Counted from the stretch's first letter, positions 53,776 through 64,000 are shown. The stretch is DNA of 64,000 nucleotides from an uncultured Methylophaga sp. (GCA_937877715.1 CALEHW010000054.1:982-64981), one strand, 5' to 3'. The notes: a model not told the origin generated them from the letters alone. Numbers and translations: made by a program.

Positions 53776-54183
53776 CTATTCCATGGTTTCCAGAGCGGTT
53801 TCGGTAAATTTATCCCCCTCCAGTTGATATCCACGCATCTCCAGAACCCCCTCTGTGTTGAGTGAGATTACAAGATAGAGGGCATCCGCATAGTCAGCAT
53901 CTGTTAAATCCTTTTTGGATGGAGTGGCTGGCGCGTGTGGGTGGGAGTGATAGATCGCCCATAGCTGTTCACCGCTCTCCCGGATCTTCCTCATTGCCCG
54001 GATCTGCTCCCCCGGGTCCATCTCAAACAGGACCTCTGGATGTGGTGCAATATTTGGCACTGGATAGATGGCTGATGCTACTCCGTGATCTGCACCTATA
54101 AGACCACACACCTCCATCTCCGGGCTTTTCTGTGCCTCGGCAAGAAGTTTGACAACTAGTGAGCGTGGGATAGGTTTAATCAT
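53776..54183 (-). CDS. Mov34/MPN/PAD-1 (JAMM) family metallopeptidase
   Basis: JAMM motif E...HSHPHAPATPSKKD. I moved the start to MIKPIP at 54183. It overlaps the moeB stop by 8 nt. Confidence 0.75.
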   Translation of the reverse strand: MIKPIPRSLVVKLLAEAQKSPEMEVCGLIGADHGVASAIYPVPNIAPHPEVLFEMDPGEQIRAMRKIRESGEQLWAIYHSHPHAPATPSKKDLTDADYADALYLVISLNTEGVLEMRGYQLEGDKFTETALETME

Positions 54184-54934
54184 GTTCGCCACAAGTTGGA
54201 CACTTGGGGTCTCTGGGAAGCTTGAGGGTGCGCCATTCCATGGTAAGCGCATCAAGCAGCATCAATTTTCCGTTCAATGTTTCTCCAATATTCATGACTA
54301 TCTTCATCGCTTCTAGTGCCTGCATGCTACCAATAATACCAACCAAAGGAGCCAGAACCCCAGTCTGGGTGCAGCTCTCATCCAGCTCGTTACCACCCTT
54401 GTAGAGGCAGTGATAGCAAGGGGTATCCTCATGGTCTGGACGGAATACTGAAATCTGCCCCTCCATGCGTATTGCTGCACCCGATACCAGCGGGGTGTTA
54501 TGCTGTACGCAGCTATCATTCACTGCAAAGCGGGTAGTGAAATTGTCACTGCAGTCCAGTACTACATCAGCTTTTTTGATCTCTGCCCCCATCTCCTTGG
54601 TTGAGAGTTTTCTGTTGATGGTGGTTATTTCAATATCTGGATTAAGGCTGAGTAGAGACTCTTTTGCCGACTCCACCTTGGGGCGACCAATATCTGTAGT
54701 GGTATGGACAATCTGCCGTTGCAGGTTAGAGAGATCCACCTCATCAAAATCAACTAGAATTAGGTGGCCGATTCCGGCGGCGGCTAGATAGATGGCTGCT
54801 GGGGCACCAAGGCCACCCATGCCAATAATTAGGATATTTGCATTAAGTAGCTGCTCCTGCCCCTCAGCACCAACCTGAGGAATCATAATCTGGCGGCTAT
54901 AGCGGAGCAGATCGTTGTCAGATTCCAAAACCAT
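54176..54934 (-). CDS. moeB: Molybdopterin-synthase adenylyltransferase MoeB (E1-like ThiF/MoeB family)
   Basis: Nucleotide-binding motif GMGGLGAPAAIYLAAAGIG, C-terminal CxxC...CxxC, 252 aa. It lies downstream of hemA-prfA-prmC, as in Pseudomonas. Confidence 0.8.
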   Translation of the reverse strand: MVLESDNDLLRYSRQIMIPQVGAEGQEQLLNANILIIGMGGLGAPAAIYLAAAGIGHLILVDFDEVDLSNLQRQIVHTTTDIGRPKVESAKESLLSLNPDIEITTINRKLSTKEMGAEIKKADVVLDCSDNFTTRFAVNDSCVQHNTPLVSGAAIRMEGQISVFRPDHEDTPCYHCLYKGGNELDESCTQTGVLAPLVGIIGSMQALEAMKIVMNIGETLNGKLMLLDALTMEWRTLKLPRDPKCPTCGEHD

Positions 54935-54996
54935 TTATCTATTAATCCATGTGCTACCTACGTTATGGGATGGCAAGCATAACATTTCAACTTATC

Positions 54997-56268
54997 TTAA
55001 TCCCAATCTAATAGCCGTTGCTCACCCTCAAGGTTGGTAATGTCAGTAATATCTTGTGACATCTCAATAACACCACGGTATGTTCCATCATTATCACGAA
55101 CGGCAAAATAGCGGATAAGCAGATAACGTCCCTTGGCATAGATACGGAAATCAGCCACATCTTTGCTTCCTCTCCTGAATTCCTCAAGGATTCTTAGAAC
55201 CGCGTCTACAGATTTTGGTGGATGGCAATAACGTACCTCACGACCAATAACATTGGCACTACGGGGGAATATCCGTTCATCCCCACGATTGTAAAACACA
55301 ACCCGGTCATGCTCATCAACGTAGGTGATATCAAGAGGTAGCACCTTAAGCATCATATTAACCTGCTCTGGCGTCAGATACCCTTCGTCATAATGAAACA
55401 TATCTGTTGTATCTATATGGAGATTACCGCGTTTAGATGCTCTTATTGAGGCTGTACGGTCGTCTTTAGCAGTCTGGTGAGATGTGGTCTCTTGCGTCTG
55501 TTCCTCCTCATCTATTTTTTGTTCGGCATCATCTGCTGGCGATGGTTCCGGATAGATTGGTGGTGTTTCATCAAGCATCCAACCGATCTCATCGTCACCA
55601 ATACGCATATCTACCCACTCCTGCTCATCAAGCATTCCCATGGCATTTGGCAGAAGACGCTGCTCCTCAACGGCCATCAGATGCAACATCTGCTGTTGCA
55701 TGGCATCAGCCTTGGCAGCAAGTTCGGATAATTTGTTGTCTTGTAGTGCGTTGTATACGGCTTTGATCTTTTCACGAATCTCATCGTGAAGGGCCCACAT
55801 ATTTTTGCTTGGTGAATCCCATCCATGCCTCTCTAGGCACGGAAACAGCTGATTCTCTTTTCTTACATAATGCTTTTCGACAGTACGTATCTTGTCAAAA
55901 ACCGCACTGAATTCAGCGCTATTTTCAACAGGATCAATCTGATTGATTTGTGATAATAGCTCCCTAATTAATTGATTTTCTTCTAGATAGGTCCTGACTG
56001 GATGCCCTGGGGGGTATTGAAAAATATTATGTGCAGAAATCTTTGCGGTGACTACGGTGTGGTAAAAATTGATTACCAGATCATTGTTGTTGAAATTGAC
56101 GCCTTCACCAGCCAGCTTGTTAAGCACCTTGGATACATCCTCCTCGCTGATGCTTTGGCACTCATTATTGAATTGCTCAATTAGTTCTGCAGGTTGGTTG
56201 TTGCTACAAAAGGATTTAATAATCTGCTCTAGAAGGGCGCCACCGGTCCCGGAAAAGAATTCACTCAT
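54997..56268 (-). CDS. DUF438/hemerythrin-like domain protein with a C-terminal PAS domain
   Basis: 423 aa. A central region reads HYVRKENQLFPCLERHG and a C-terminal PAS-like fold reads FYNRGDERIFPRS...RYCHPP. Confidence 0.55.
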   Translation of the reverse strand: MSEFFSGTGGALLEQIIKSFCSNNQPAELIEQFNNECQSISEEDVSKVLNKLAGEGVNFNNNDLVINFYHTVVTAKISAHNIFQYPPGHPVRTYLEENQLIRELLSQINQIDPVENSAEFSAVFDKIRTVEKHYVRKENQLFPCLERHGWDSPSKNMWALHDEIREKIKAVYNALQDNKLSELAAKADAMQQQMLHLMAVEEQRLLPNAMGMLDEQEWVDMRIGDDEIGWMLDETPPIYPEPSPADDAEQKIDEEEQTQETTSHQTAKDDRTASIRASKRGNLHIDTTDMFHYDEGYLTPEQVNMMLKVLPLDITYVDEHDRVVFYNRGDERIFPRSANVIGREVRYCHPPKSVDAVLRILEEFRRGSKDVADFRIYAKGRYLLIRYFAVRDNDGTYRGVIEMSQDITDITNLEGEQRLLDWD

Positions 56269-56358
56269 GAATAGGCCTCAATTAACTTATTAACAAAGGG
56301 CCGCAGGGTAACAGGGTATAACTTTGTTAGGTGCGATCTAGGTCAACTGGGAATTCAT

Positions 56359-57198
56359 CTATGTTAGAAACCCGTAACTTACTCTTTCATGTCCAGAGAT
56401 ATCGTGGGTAGTTGTAACTGAGGAGAATGATTGCTGCTGCAATAACTCTCTTGCTTTTTCTCCCTGATCATATCCATGTTCGATCATGAGAATTCCATCC
56501 TTGTGAAGGAAGTTTGCTGCATGGTTGATAAGGTATCTAATATCATCCATCCCCTCTTTTCCTGATGCCAGTGCTGAATTTGGTTCGTAGCGGAGGTCCC
56601 CCTGTTCAAGGTGAGGATCTTCCATGGCAATATATGGCGGGTTGGAGAGGATAATATTAAATTTTTCCTTCTCTAGTGGGAGGAACCAGCTTCCATCCCT
56701 GTACTCAATGTTGTTCAGTTGATGGTTGGAGCTATTTTCTTCAGCAACCGAGAGGGCGGCCCGAGATTGGTCTGTTGCAATAATCGTGCAGTCGGGGCGT
56801 TCACTGGCAATAGCTATAGCAATGGCTCCAGTTCCAGTTCCCAGATCGGCAACCCTCCACGATTTGTCAGTTGGGATCAGTTTGAGTGCCTGCTCCACCA
56901 GTGTTTCGGTCTCTGGCCTTGGGATCAGGGTATCCCCGGTAACTTTTAATTCAAGTGACCAGAATTCCTGTTTCCCAATCAGATGTGCGACCGGCTCCCC
57001 AGATTTGCGCCGCATAACAAGTTGTTGGAAAAGCTGATGCTCATGCTCCCCAAGCGCGCTTTCTGGCCAGGTGTAGATCCAGGCACGGCTCTTGCCAATG
57101 ATCTCCCCAAGGAGCAGTTCGGCATCCAGTTGGCCGCTATCGGATTCGTTGATCTCCTCGAGCGCCCACTGTAGTGCCTGCTTAACGCTTGCCATCAA
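56359..57198 (-). CDS. prmC: Peptide chain release factor N5-glutamine methyltransferase
   Basis: NPPY motif (ILSNPPYIA). It overlaps prfA by 4 nt. Confidence 0.9.
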   Translation of the reverse strand: MMASVKQALQWALEEINESDSGQLDAELLLGEIIGKSRAWIYTWPESALGEHEHQLFQQLVMRRKSGEPVAHLIGKQEFWSLELKVTGDTLIPRPETETLVEQALKLIPTDKSWRVADLGTGTGAIAIAIASERPDCTIIATDQSRAALSVAEENSSNHQLNNIEYRDGSWFLPLEKEKFNIILSNPPYIAMEDPHLEQGDLRYEPNSALASGKEGMDDIRYLINHAANFLHKDGILMIEHGYDQGEKARELLQQQSFSSVTTTHDISGHERVSYGFLT

Positions 57199-58283
57199 TT
57201 CTCATTTGCCAGTGCAGCCAGTTGATCTGCCTGATGCTCATTGATCAGGGGCTCAATAATGTGATCCATGCTTCCCATTAGGATTTCATCAAGCTTGTAG
57301 AGGGTTAGATTGATGCGATGGTCGGTGATTCTGCCCTGAGGGAAGTTGTAGGTACGAATGCGCTCGGAGCGGTCACCACTACCTACCAGATTTCTTCTAT
57401 CCTCTGCCACCTCGGCACTCTGCTTGTTGCGCTCTGCGGTAAGCAGTTTTGCCGAGAGCAGAGTCATGGCGCGAGCTCGGTTCTTGTGTTGTGACCGCTC
57501 ATCCTGACACTCCACCACAACCCCGGTGGGAAGGTGGGTGAGGCGGATGGCGGAATCGGTCTTGTTTACGTGCTGACCACCGGCGCCGGAGGCACGAAAT
57601 GTATCTACCTTGAGATCACTGGGGTTTATCTCTATATGGTCCACCTCCTCCACCTCTGGAAGGATTGCCACAGTTGCAGCAGAGGTGTGAACTCGCCCCT
57701 GAGATTCAGTCTCCGGCACCCGTTGTACCCGGTGGGCACCAGATTCAAACTTGAGACGAGAGTAGGCGCCCTTGCCGACAATGCGGGCAATGATCTCCTT
57801 GTAGCCCCCATGTTCTCCCTCGCTCTGGCTCATAATCTCCAGCTGCCAGCGGCGCTGCTCAGCGTAACGCGAATACATACGAAACAGATTTCCTGCAAAT
57901 ATTGCTGCCTCATCTCCGCCTGTCCCCGCACGCACCTCAAGGAAAATGTTGCTATCATCCTTTGGATCTTTTGGCAGCAGCAGTTTTTGTAACTCAAGCT
58001 CAAGTTTGCTCTCGCTCTCTGTTGCAGTAGCCATCTCCTCGGCAGCCATCTCCCGCATCTCTGGGTTACTCTCATTCCGCATCTCCTTGGCTGCCTCTAT
58101 ATCCTCCTGGATCTGTTGGTACTGCTCATAAATAGAGATAACTGGAGTTATCTGGGCATACTCTTGAGAGAGGGTTCTGAATCTGTTGTTATCGCTGATG
58201 GTCTCCGGATCGGAGAGCAGGGCGTTTAGCTCCTCCAGTCGGGCACTGAGGTGGTCAAGTTTTTGTAGAATTGAGTCTTTCAT
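57195..58283 (-). CDS. prfA: Peptide chain release factor 1
   Basis: GGQ motif ([19 protein letters not shown]), 362 aa. Confidence 0.95.
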   Translation of the reverse strand: MKDSILQKLDHLSARLEELNALLSDPETISDNNRFRTLSQEYAQITPVISIYEQYQQIQEDIEAAKEMRNESNPEMREMAAEEMATATESESKLELELQKLLLPKDPKDDSNIFLEVRAGTGGDEAAIFAGNLFRMYSRYAEQRRWQLEIMSQSEGEHGGYKEIIARIVGKGAYSRLKFESGAHRVQRVPETESQGRVHTSAATVAILPEVEEVDHIEINPSDLKVDTFRASGAGGQHVNKTDSAIRLTHLPTGVVVECQDERSQHKNRARAMTLLSAKLLTAERNKQSAEVAEDRRNLVGSGDRSERIRTYNFPQGRITDHRINLTLYKLDEILMGSMDHIIEPLINEHQADQLAALANEN

Positions 58284-58385
58284 ATCGGGTCGTCAATTAT
58301 TATTTATCGGTTTGCAAGGGTGCAGGAGTGGCGTGGTGCCATCAGTCTCGGTTGCTGACGGCAGGGAAAGAGGCGGTAGCCTCAG

Positions 58386-59642
58386 CTAATGGTGGTCTAG
58401 CTCAAACAGTGCGCGAGTGGCATCAAGAAGAGCGGTACGCTCATCGTTGCCGGCACTTCTCAACTGGCTACAGGGGGCATGAATCAACTTGTTGGTCAGC
58501 TGGTGGGCCAGTACCTCAAGAATATGGTCAGGATCTTCTCCAGCTTCCAGCATTCTCCTGGATTTGTCCAGCATTTCTACACGGGTGCGGTCAGCTTGTG
58601 CGCGGAAGGCACGGATGGTTGCGACAGAGTCCTGTGCATTGACCCAGTCCATAAAGTGGACCACCTGGGTATCGATAATCTCCTCTGCCTGCTTGGCGGC
58701 ATCTTGACGGGACTTCATGTTCTCCTGAATAACCTCCTGGAGATCATCCACCGTGTAGAGATAGACATCCTCAAGGTCATCCACCTCCGGCTCAATGTCG
58801 CGTGGAACTGCTATATCAACCATAAACATTGGACGATGACGGCGGGTTTTCAGTGCACTCTCAACTGCCCCCTTGCCGAGAATGGGGAGTGGGCTTGCAG
58901 TAGAGGAGATGACAATATCAGCCTCAGCCAGATGGTCAGCGATCTCGGTTAGAGCGATTGCATATCCACCAAATTCCTCGGTAAGCTGGTGAGCCTTCTC
59001 GACAGTACGGTTGGCAATGATTATTCTGCCAATACCTTGTTCGTGGAGGTGGCGCGCTGCTAGTTCGATGGTCTCGCCTGCACCAATCAACAGCACTGTC
59101 TTGCCGTCCAGAGCACCAAAAATCTGCCGGGCCAGAGATACCGCAGCAAAGGCAACAGATACCGGGCTGCTACCAATTGCAGTATCAGTGCGTACCTGTT
59201 TGGCGGATTTGAAGGTGTGCTGAAACAGCCGGTTTAGGATTTTACCCGTTGTGCCGGCCTCATTGGCAGCACTAAAAGCAGTCTTCATCTGCCCTAGGAT
59301 CTGTGGCTCTCCCAACACCAGGGAGTCGAGGCCACTGGCAACCCGCAGCATGTGGCGTACGGCGTTCTGGTCGGGATGAATATATGTGTAGGGTTTTACC
59401 TTGCTGCTCTCCAGACAGTGGAAGTCACTCAGCCAGTCGACAATGCCATTCTCGTTGTAGCTCTTCATCCCGCAGTAGATCTCTGTACGGTTACAGGTGG
59501 AGAGAATTGCGGCCTCCTCAACCTCATTGGAGGAAGTCAGATCCTTGAGTGCCTGCGGGATGCGTTCAGGCGCAAAGGAGACCTTCTCCCGAATATCGAC
59601 GGGGGCTGTCTTGTGGTTTATTCCAAATGCGACCAGAGTCAT
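58386..59642 (-). CDS. hemA: Glutamyl-tRNA reductase
   Basis: Begins MTLVAFGINHKTAPVDIREKV, 418 aa. Confidence 0.95.
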   Translation of the reverse strand: MTLVAFGINHKTAPVDIREKVSFAPERIPQALKDLTSSNEVEEAAILSTCNRTEIYCGMKSYNENGIVDWLSDFHCLESSKVKPYTYIHPDQNAVRHMLRVASGLDSLVLGEPQILGQMKTAFSAANEAGTTGKILNRLFQHTFKSAKQVRTDTAIGSSPVSVAFAAVSLARQIFGALDGKTVLLIGAGETIELAARHLHEQGIGRIIIANRTVEKAHQLTEEFGGYAIALTEIADHLAEADIVISSTASPLPILGKGAVESALKTRRHRPMFMVDIAVPRDIEPEVDDLEDVYLYTVDDLQEVIQENMKSRQDAAKQAEEIIDTQVVHFMDWVNAQDSVATIRAFRAQADRTRVEMLDKSRRMLEAGEDPDHILEVLAHQLTNKLIHAPCSQLRSAGNDERTALLDATRALFELDHH

Positions 59643-59773
59643 TGTTATTGTGATCTATCTATTCCTGACAGAAACAGGTTCTCTCCTCAGAGAAGCGGAT
59701 TTTGATGGATTCAGGTAGAAAACACAAGAATGAATAGATGCATTTGCCTGAATCTTCATGATATTCTGGGACG

Positions 59774-61495
59774 ATGGATCGAGTTAATAGAGTGTTGCAG
59801 ATAGCTGTTATGGGTGGGGTAGCACTGCTTGGCGGTTGTGCAACCGTGGATAGTACACTGGCAGATCCACAGCTCTTGGTGGCAGACCCATTTGTGGCAT
59901 ATAAGGTAGATGATGATCTGCTATTCAATGTCTTGGCTGCAGAGATTTCGGCTCAGCGCGGTGACCACGATGCCGCCTATGAATATTACCAGCGTGCAAC
60001 CACACAGAGTGACCATCCAGCCATTGCAGAACGAGGGGCCCGTCTCTCCATCCATAGTCAAGACGTATCCAGGACCATCAAGGCAACTCGCCAATGGGTG
60101 TCACGTGAACCTGAGAATAGAGAGGCAAGAAGAATTCTCGGTGCCCTGCTGTTGAGGGATCATCAGTCCGGTGCCGCTGTAGAGCAGTTCGAGAAGATTA
60201 TCATCATGAAAAAGAGTGGTGCCCATGATGGCGTGCTCGGTGGTTTTCTGTTGATTGCGGAACAGCTACGCAAGGAACCAGATAGTCAGGCAGCTGAGGA
60301 GGTACTAAGGGAGTTGGTTCGCCGCTCCATAGAGGTGCCAGAGGCGTGGTATGTGCAGTCCTGGTACTACTCCAAAAACAGGAAACCAGAGAGGGCGCTG
60401 GAGGCAATAGATCGTGTGCTTGAACTTCGTCCGGGGTGGGGTAAGGCTGTGGTGTTGCGGGTCTCAATTCTTGAGTCACTGGGGGGCAAAGAGGAGATCT
60501 TGAGTTTTCTTGGGGAACAGGTTGAGCAGTTCCCGGACGATACAGATATTCTGTTGCACTATGGTCAGGCGCTGCTGTCACAGGGGCGCGATTATGAGGC
60601 CATCACTCAATTCAAGAGCGCACTTGATATCCATCCACGCTCTGCAGAGGTTCTTAGTCCACTGGCACTCGTCAATCTCAGCAACAAAAAATATGAGGCC
60701 GCACGCTCGTTCTTGATGACTCTGCTTGAACTGGATGGAGAACAGGACAAGGCAAATTACTATCTTGGTGAGATGGAAGAAGGGCTGGGCAATCGTCAGC
60801 AGGCGATTGCGCACTACGCCTCCGTAGGGCACGGGCTGATCTACTTCAATGCACGGGTGCGGATGGCGACACTGATTGCAAAGGCAGATGTGGATGCTGG
60901 AATCTCCATTCTGCGTGGGCTCTCTCTGCATGATGGACGCAGACGTATTCAGGTCATACTGCTGGAGGGGGAGTTTCTGGAGGATGTAGGCCGGCATCTG
61001 GATGCGGTTGAGGCCTACGATCGGGCCATAGAGATGAGTCCCGGTAATGAGGATATCCTCTATACACGGGCAATGGCTGGAGATCTGGCCGGCAGGCTGG
61101 ATATCCTTGAGCGGGATTTGCACGCCATCCTGGAGAAAAATCCTGTCCACTACCATGCATTGAATGCGTTGGGGTATACCTTGACTCTGCGTACAACCAG
61201 ATATGAGGAGGCGAAAAGTTATCTCGAGAAGGCGCTCTCACTGCGCCCCAATGATTTCTATGTGCTGGACAGTATGGGGTGGGTACAGTACAAGCTTGGC
61301 CATGTTGGCGAGGCGCTCGACTACCTTGATCGGGCTCTGGAGGCTAAGCAGGATGTTGAGGTTGCAGTCCACCTTGGTGAGGTCAGGTGGGTGAGTGGGG
61401 ATCAGCAGGGGGCCAGGGATATGTGGAATCTTGCCAGAGAGCTGGATGCAACCAACCCTGTTCTGATAGAGGTTCTTGAGCGTTTTTCTCCGTAA
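59774..61495 (+). CDS. Tetratricopeptide-repeat lipoprotein
   Basis: A signal peptide with a lipobox (LLGGCA) followed by multiple TPR units. It is divergent from hemA and upstream of lolB, as in Pseudomonas. Confidence 0.75.
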   Translation: MDRVNRVLQIAVMGGVALLGGCATVDSTLADPQLLVADPFVAYKVDDDLLFNVLAAEISAQRGDHDAAYEYYQRATTQSDHPAIAERGARLSIHSQDVSRTIKATRQWVSREPENREARRILGALLLRDHQSGAAVEQFEKIIIMKKSGAHDGVLGGFLLIAEQLRKEPDSQAAEEVLRELVRRSIEVPEAWYVQSWYYSKNRKPERALEAIDRVLELRPGWGKAVVLRVSILESLGGKEEILSFLGEQVEQFPDDTDILLHYGQALLSQGRDYEAITQFKSALDIHPRSAEVLSPLALVNLSNKKYEAARSFLMTLLELDGEQDKANYYLGEMEEGLGNRQQAIAHYASVGHGLIYFNARVRMATLIAKADVDAGISILRGLSLHDGRRRIQVILLEGEFLEDVGRHLDAVEAYDRAIEMSPGNEDILYTRAMAGDLAGRLDILERDLHAILEKNPVHYHALNALGYTLTLRTTRYEEAKSYLEKALSLRPNDFYVLDSMGWVQYKLGHVGEALDYLDRALEAKQDVEVAVHLGEVRWVSGDQQGARDMWNLARELDATNPVLIEVLERFSP

Positions 61496-61513
61496 ACTAA
61501 GAGTCTTGGTTAT

Positions 61514-62146
61514 TTGGTGATTAGTTTGCAGTTCCCCATCTATCGTACTATCTTCCCCATTCTTTGCGGCCTGCTTCTGCTACTTTCAGGCTGCTCCACC
61601 CTGCCCCGGCAGGCGGAGGATATTGGCCAGACTGTCGGCTGGGAGCTGCGACAGCAGCAGCTCAATGAGATTACGGAGTGGAGTGTAGAGGGGCGCGCAG
61701 CATTTCGCGTTAGCCAGGATGGAGGGCAGAGCAGCTTTAGATGGAATCATGCGCCATCCTCTCAACAATTTACCCTTGCCGGAGTTCTCGGCATGGGGGC
61801 GCTGGAACTGAAGAGTGGCCCGTCCAGAGTGCGGCTGATTACCGGTACTGGAGAGGTTATAGATGGAGAAGATGCAGAGCAGTTACTGTTTCAGGCAACC
61901 GGGTGGCTCTTCCCTGTTGATGAGGCCGGTTACTGGATCAGGGGAATTCCAGCCCCGACCGGGAGAGCTGACTCTATGGTGCTGGACCAGAAAAACAGGC
62001 TTCAATCTCTCTCCCAGTCGGGATGGAATATGCGGGTGCGTCGTTACCAGAGTGTAGATGGGGTTGAACTTCCGGCACTGGTAGTGATGGAGAGGGATGA
62101 TGTCAGGGTCAAGCTAAGCCTGGTTCGCTGGAGAGTGGACTACTGA
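61514..62146 (+). CDS. lolB: Outer-membrane lipoprotein LolB
   Basis: Lipobox LLLSGCST, 210 aa, upstream of ispE. Confidence 0.8.
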   Translation: MVISLQFPIYRTIFPILCGLLLLLSGCSTLPRQAEDIGQTVGWELRQQQLNEITEWSVEGRAAFRVSQDGGQSSFRWNHAPSSQQFTLAGVLGMGALELKSGPSRVRLITGTGEVIDGEDAEQLLFQATGWLFPVDEAGYWIRGIPAPTGRADSMVLDQKNRLQSLSQSGWNMRVRRYQSVDGVELPALVVMERDDVRVKLSLVRWRVDY

Positions 62147-62147
62147 C

Positions 62148-62993
62148 ATGAGTAGATCCACCTGGCCAGCCCCGGCAAAACTCAATCTCTTTCTTCATGT
62201 TACTGATCGCCGTGAGGATGGTTTTCATGAATTACAGACTATCTTTCAGTTTATCGATCTGCAGGACAGGATCGAGATCGAGGTGAATGGCGGGGGTGTG
62301 ATTGAGCGTCCAACTGGGCTAGAGGGGATTTTGCCAGATGATGATCTGGTTGTTAGGGCGGCAAAAATGCTGCAGAATCATACTGATACAAAGCTTGGGG
62401 CGACTATTCATGTGGACAAGATAATCCCTGTTGGTGGTGGACTTGGAGGTGGAAGTTCAGATGCGGCCACTACCCTGGTTGCACTTAATAGTCTCTGGGA
62501 GACCGGTCTGAGCCGGCAGGAGCTGGCAGATGTTGGCCTTGCATTGGGAGCAGATGTTCCCGTCTTTATCTACGGCAGGGCTGCATGGGCTGAAGGGGTG
62601 GGAGAGATTCTCGAGAGTGTTGACCCTCCGGAACAGTGCTATCTGGTGGTTGCACCAGGGGTTTCGGTTTCAACCGCAGAGATTTTTCAGGCGAAAGAAT
62701 TGACACGAAACACTCCAAAAGCGAAAATAGCCGGCTTTCTGCCAATAGGCGGAAGGAATGATTGTGAGCCGGTAGTTGTTGCACGTTATCCGGAGGTCGG
62801 AGAGGCGTTACAGTGGCTCTCTAGATTTGGTGATGCAAGGATGACCGGAACAGGAAGTTGCCTGTTTGTTGCGCTTGATAATTGCGCAGAAGCTGAGCAA
62901 ATTAGAGATCAACTGCCTGAAAGATGGAGTGGTTTTGTGGTTAAAGGGATGAATAAATCACCCCTGACAGTGGAATATTCGGGTGTCGTCTAA
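62148..62993 (+). CDS. ispE: 4-diphosphocytidyl-2-C-methyl-D-erythritol kinase
   Basis: A GHMP kinase motif (PVGGGLGGGSSDAA). Confidence 0.9.
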   Translation: MSRSTWPAPAKLNLFLHVTDRREDGFHELQTIFQFIDLQDRIEIEVNGGGVIERPTGLEGILPDDDLVVRAAKMLQNHTDTKLGATIHVDKIIPVGGGLGGGSSDAATTLVALNSLWETGLSRQELADVGLALGADVPVFIYGRAAWAEGVGEILESVDPPEQCYLVVAPGVSVSTAEIFQAKELTRNTPKAKIAGFLPIGGRNDCEPVVVARYPEVGEALQWLSRFGDARMTGTGSCLFVALDNCAEAEQIRDQLPERWSGFVVKGMNKSPLTVEYSGVV

Positions 62994-63052
62994 CGGCAGG
63001 ACAGCAGGTTTTGATCCTGCGAATCGTGGTTCGAATCCATGCACCCGAACCA
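62979..63052 (+). tRNA. tRNA-Gln (anticodon UUG)
   Basis: Acceptor stem TCGGGTG pairs with CACCCGA. The anticodon stem-loop is GCAGG TTTTGAT CCTGC, and the T-arm is CGTGG TTCGAAT CCATG. It ends in ACCA. Its position between ispE and prs matches Pseudomonas. Confidence 0.8.
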
Positions 63053-63096
63053 AGTGTAATGAAATGAGTATTACCCAGGTAGTGTAGGAAGAGAAG

Positions 63097-64000
63097 ATGA
63101 ACGCAGGCCAGATAGAAGATCAGATCATGCTGTTCTCTGGCAACTCCAACCCGGAGTTGGCCAGCAACGTTGCTCGTCATCTGAATCTTAAACTTGGTCA
63201 GGCAACAGTTGAGCGCTTCAGTGATGGTGAGGTGATGGCCGAGATCCGGGAGAATGTCCGTGGACGTGAGGTCTATCTGCTGCAGTCAACCTGTGCCCCG
63301 ACCAATGACAACCTGATGGAGCTGCTGGTGATGGTTGATGCTCTGCGGCGCTCATCGGCAAAAAAGATTACGGCGGTCATCCCCTATTTTGGGTATGCAC
63401 GTCAGGATCGTCGACCCAGATCGGCCCGAGTACCGATTACGGCACGACTGGTTGCAGACATGATTGGTCAGTCCGGTGTAGATCATGTGCTGACCATTGA
63501 TCTGCACGCAGACCAGATCCAGGGGTTCTTCGGAATGCCTGTTGATAATATATATGCATCCCCTCTGTTGATGGGAGATATCTGGAGACACGAATATCCA
63601 AACCTGATCGTGGTCTCCCCTGATGTTGGTGGCGTGGTACGTGCCCGTGCAATTGCCAAGCTGCTTGGTGGGCTGGATCTGGCGATTATCGATAAACGTC
63701 GACCTGCTGCCAATGTGGCCAAAGTGATGAATATCATTGGTGATGTTGAGGGGCGCTCATGCGTGTTGGTGGACGATCTGGTTGATACCGCCGGAACCCT
63801 CTGTAAGGCGGCCAAGGCACTAAAAGAGCACGGTGCGGCAAGGGTAAATGCATACTCGACACATGCCGTACTGTCGGGGCTGGCAGTTGATAATATTAAC
63901 AACTCGGAGCTGGATGAGCTGGTTGTTACGGATACCATTCCGTTGAGTCAGAGTGCGTCTGAATGCCCACGTATTCGTCAGATCTCGGTTGCGGAGTTGC
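63097..64000 (+). CDS. prs: Ribose-phosphate pyrophosphokinase (PRPP synthetase), truncated at the window end
   Basis: [34 protein letters not shown], with RQDRR and a PRPP-binding region. The true start may be the internal Met at 63127. Confidence 0.9.
   Translation, partial: MNAGQIEDQIMLFSGNSNPELASNVARHLNLKLGQATVERFSDGEVMAEIRENVRGREVYLLQSTCAPTNDNLMELLVMVDALRRSSAKKITAVIPYFGYARQDRRPRSARVPITARLVADMIGQSGVDHVLTIDLHADQIQGFFGMPVDNIYASPLLMGDIWRHEYPNLIVVSPDVGGVVRARAIAKLLGGLDLAIIDKRRPAANVAKVMNIIGDVEGRSCVLVDDLVDTAGTLCKAAKALKEHGAARVNAYSTHAVLSGLAVDNINNSELDELVVTDTIPLSQSASECPRIRQISVAEL

Noticed and set aside
1-64000. Scan for CRISPR arrays, IS elements or transposases, integrases, prophage genes and multi-gene defence or secretion systems
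   Set aside because: I found no CRISPR-style tandem repeats of 28-40 bp with spacers, and no transposase, integrase, Cas, restriction-modification or toxin-antitoxin signatures. The only mobile-looking material is the T5orf172 islet and the REP-like repeats, both reported above.

Overview
This 64-kb window is a chromosomal segment from a gammaproteobacterium with roughly 52-56% GC. The organism is my inference from gene order. Pseudomonas-like synteny is visible in rpiA<->ilvA, zapA-ssrS-ygfA opposite ygfB-pepP, hemA-prfA-prmC-moeB, and TPR-lolB-ispE-tRNA(Gln)-prs. Almost the whole window is densely packed housekeeping operons.

The ordered contents are:
- a vitamin B12 uptake cluster: partial btuB behind a cobalamin riboswitch, nei, and btuCDF;
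- a 1271-aa fused FAD/Fe-S oxidoreductase;
- rpiA and ilvA;
- a 5-formyl-THF cyclo-ligase, 6S RNA, zapA, ygfB and pepP;
- a tandem glycine riboswitch followed by gcvT-gcvH-gcvPA-gcvPB;
- an adenosine-kinase-like PfkB kinase, a LysR regulator and an AI-2E transporter;
- gcvR, dapA, bamC, an MBL-fold hydrolase, purL, a DAHP synthase, yidD, efpL(yeiP) and ettA;
- glyA followed by nrdR-ribD-ribE-ribBA-ribH-nusB-thiL;
- nnrS, then the minus-strand operon xseB-ispA-dxs-queD-like-folE2;
- a CNP1-like protein, parE and parC;
- a PAS/DUF438 protein, moeB and a JAMM peptidase, then prmC-prfA-hemA;
- a TPR lipoprotein, lolB, ispE, tRNA-Gln and prs (partial).

I found no CRISPR array, IS element, prophage or recognisable multi-gene defence or secretion system. 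I cannot name a clear new system. The non-core material is small. It consists of:
- a low-GC islet carrying a stand-alone T5orf172/GIY-YIG nuclease-like gene, flanked by REP-like and inverted repeats, one of which recurs 35 kb away;
- an AT-rich islet with two paralogous tiny membrane proteins separated by GC-rich hairpin terminators;
- an overlapping moeB-JAMM pair with a PAS/DUF438 gene, sitting where Pseudomonas carries murI;
- a promoter/terminator pair that brackets a possible ~130-nt leader or small RNA.
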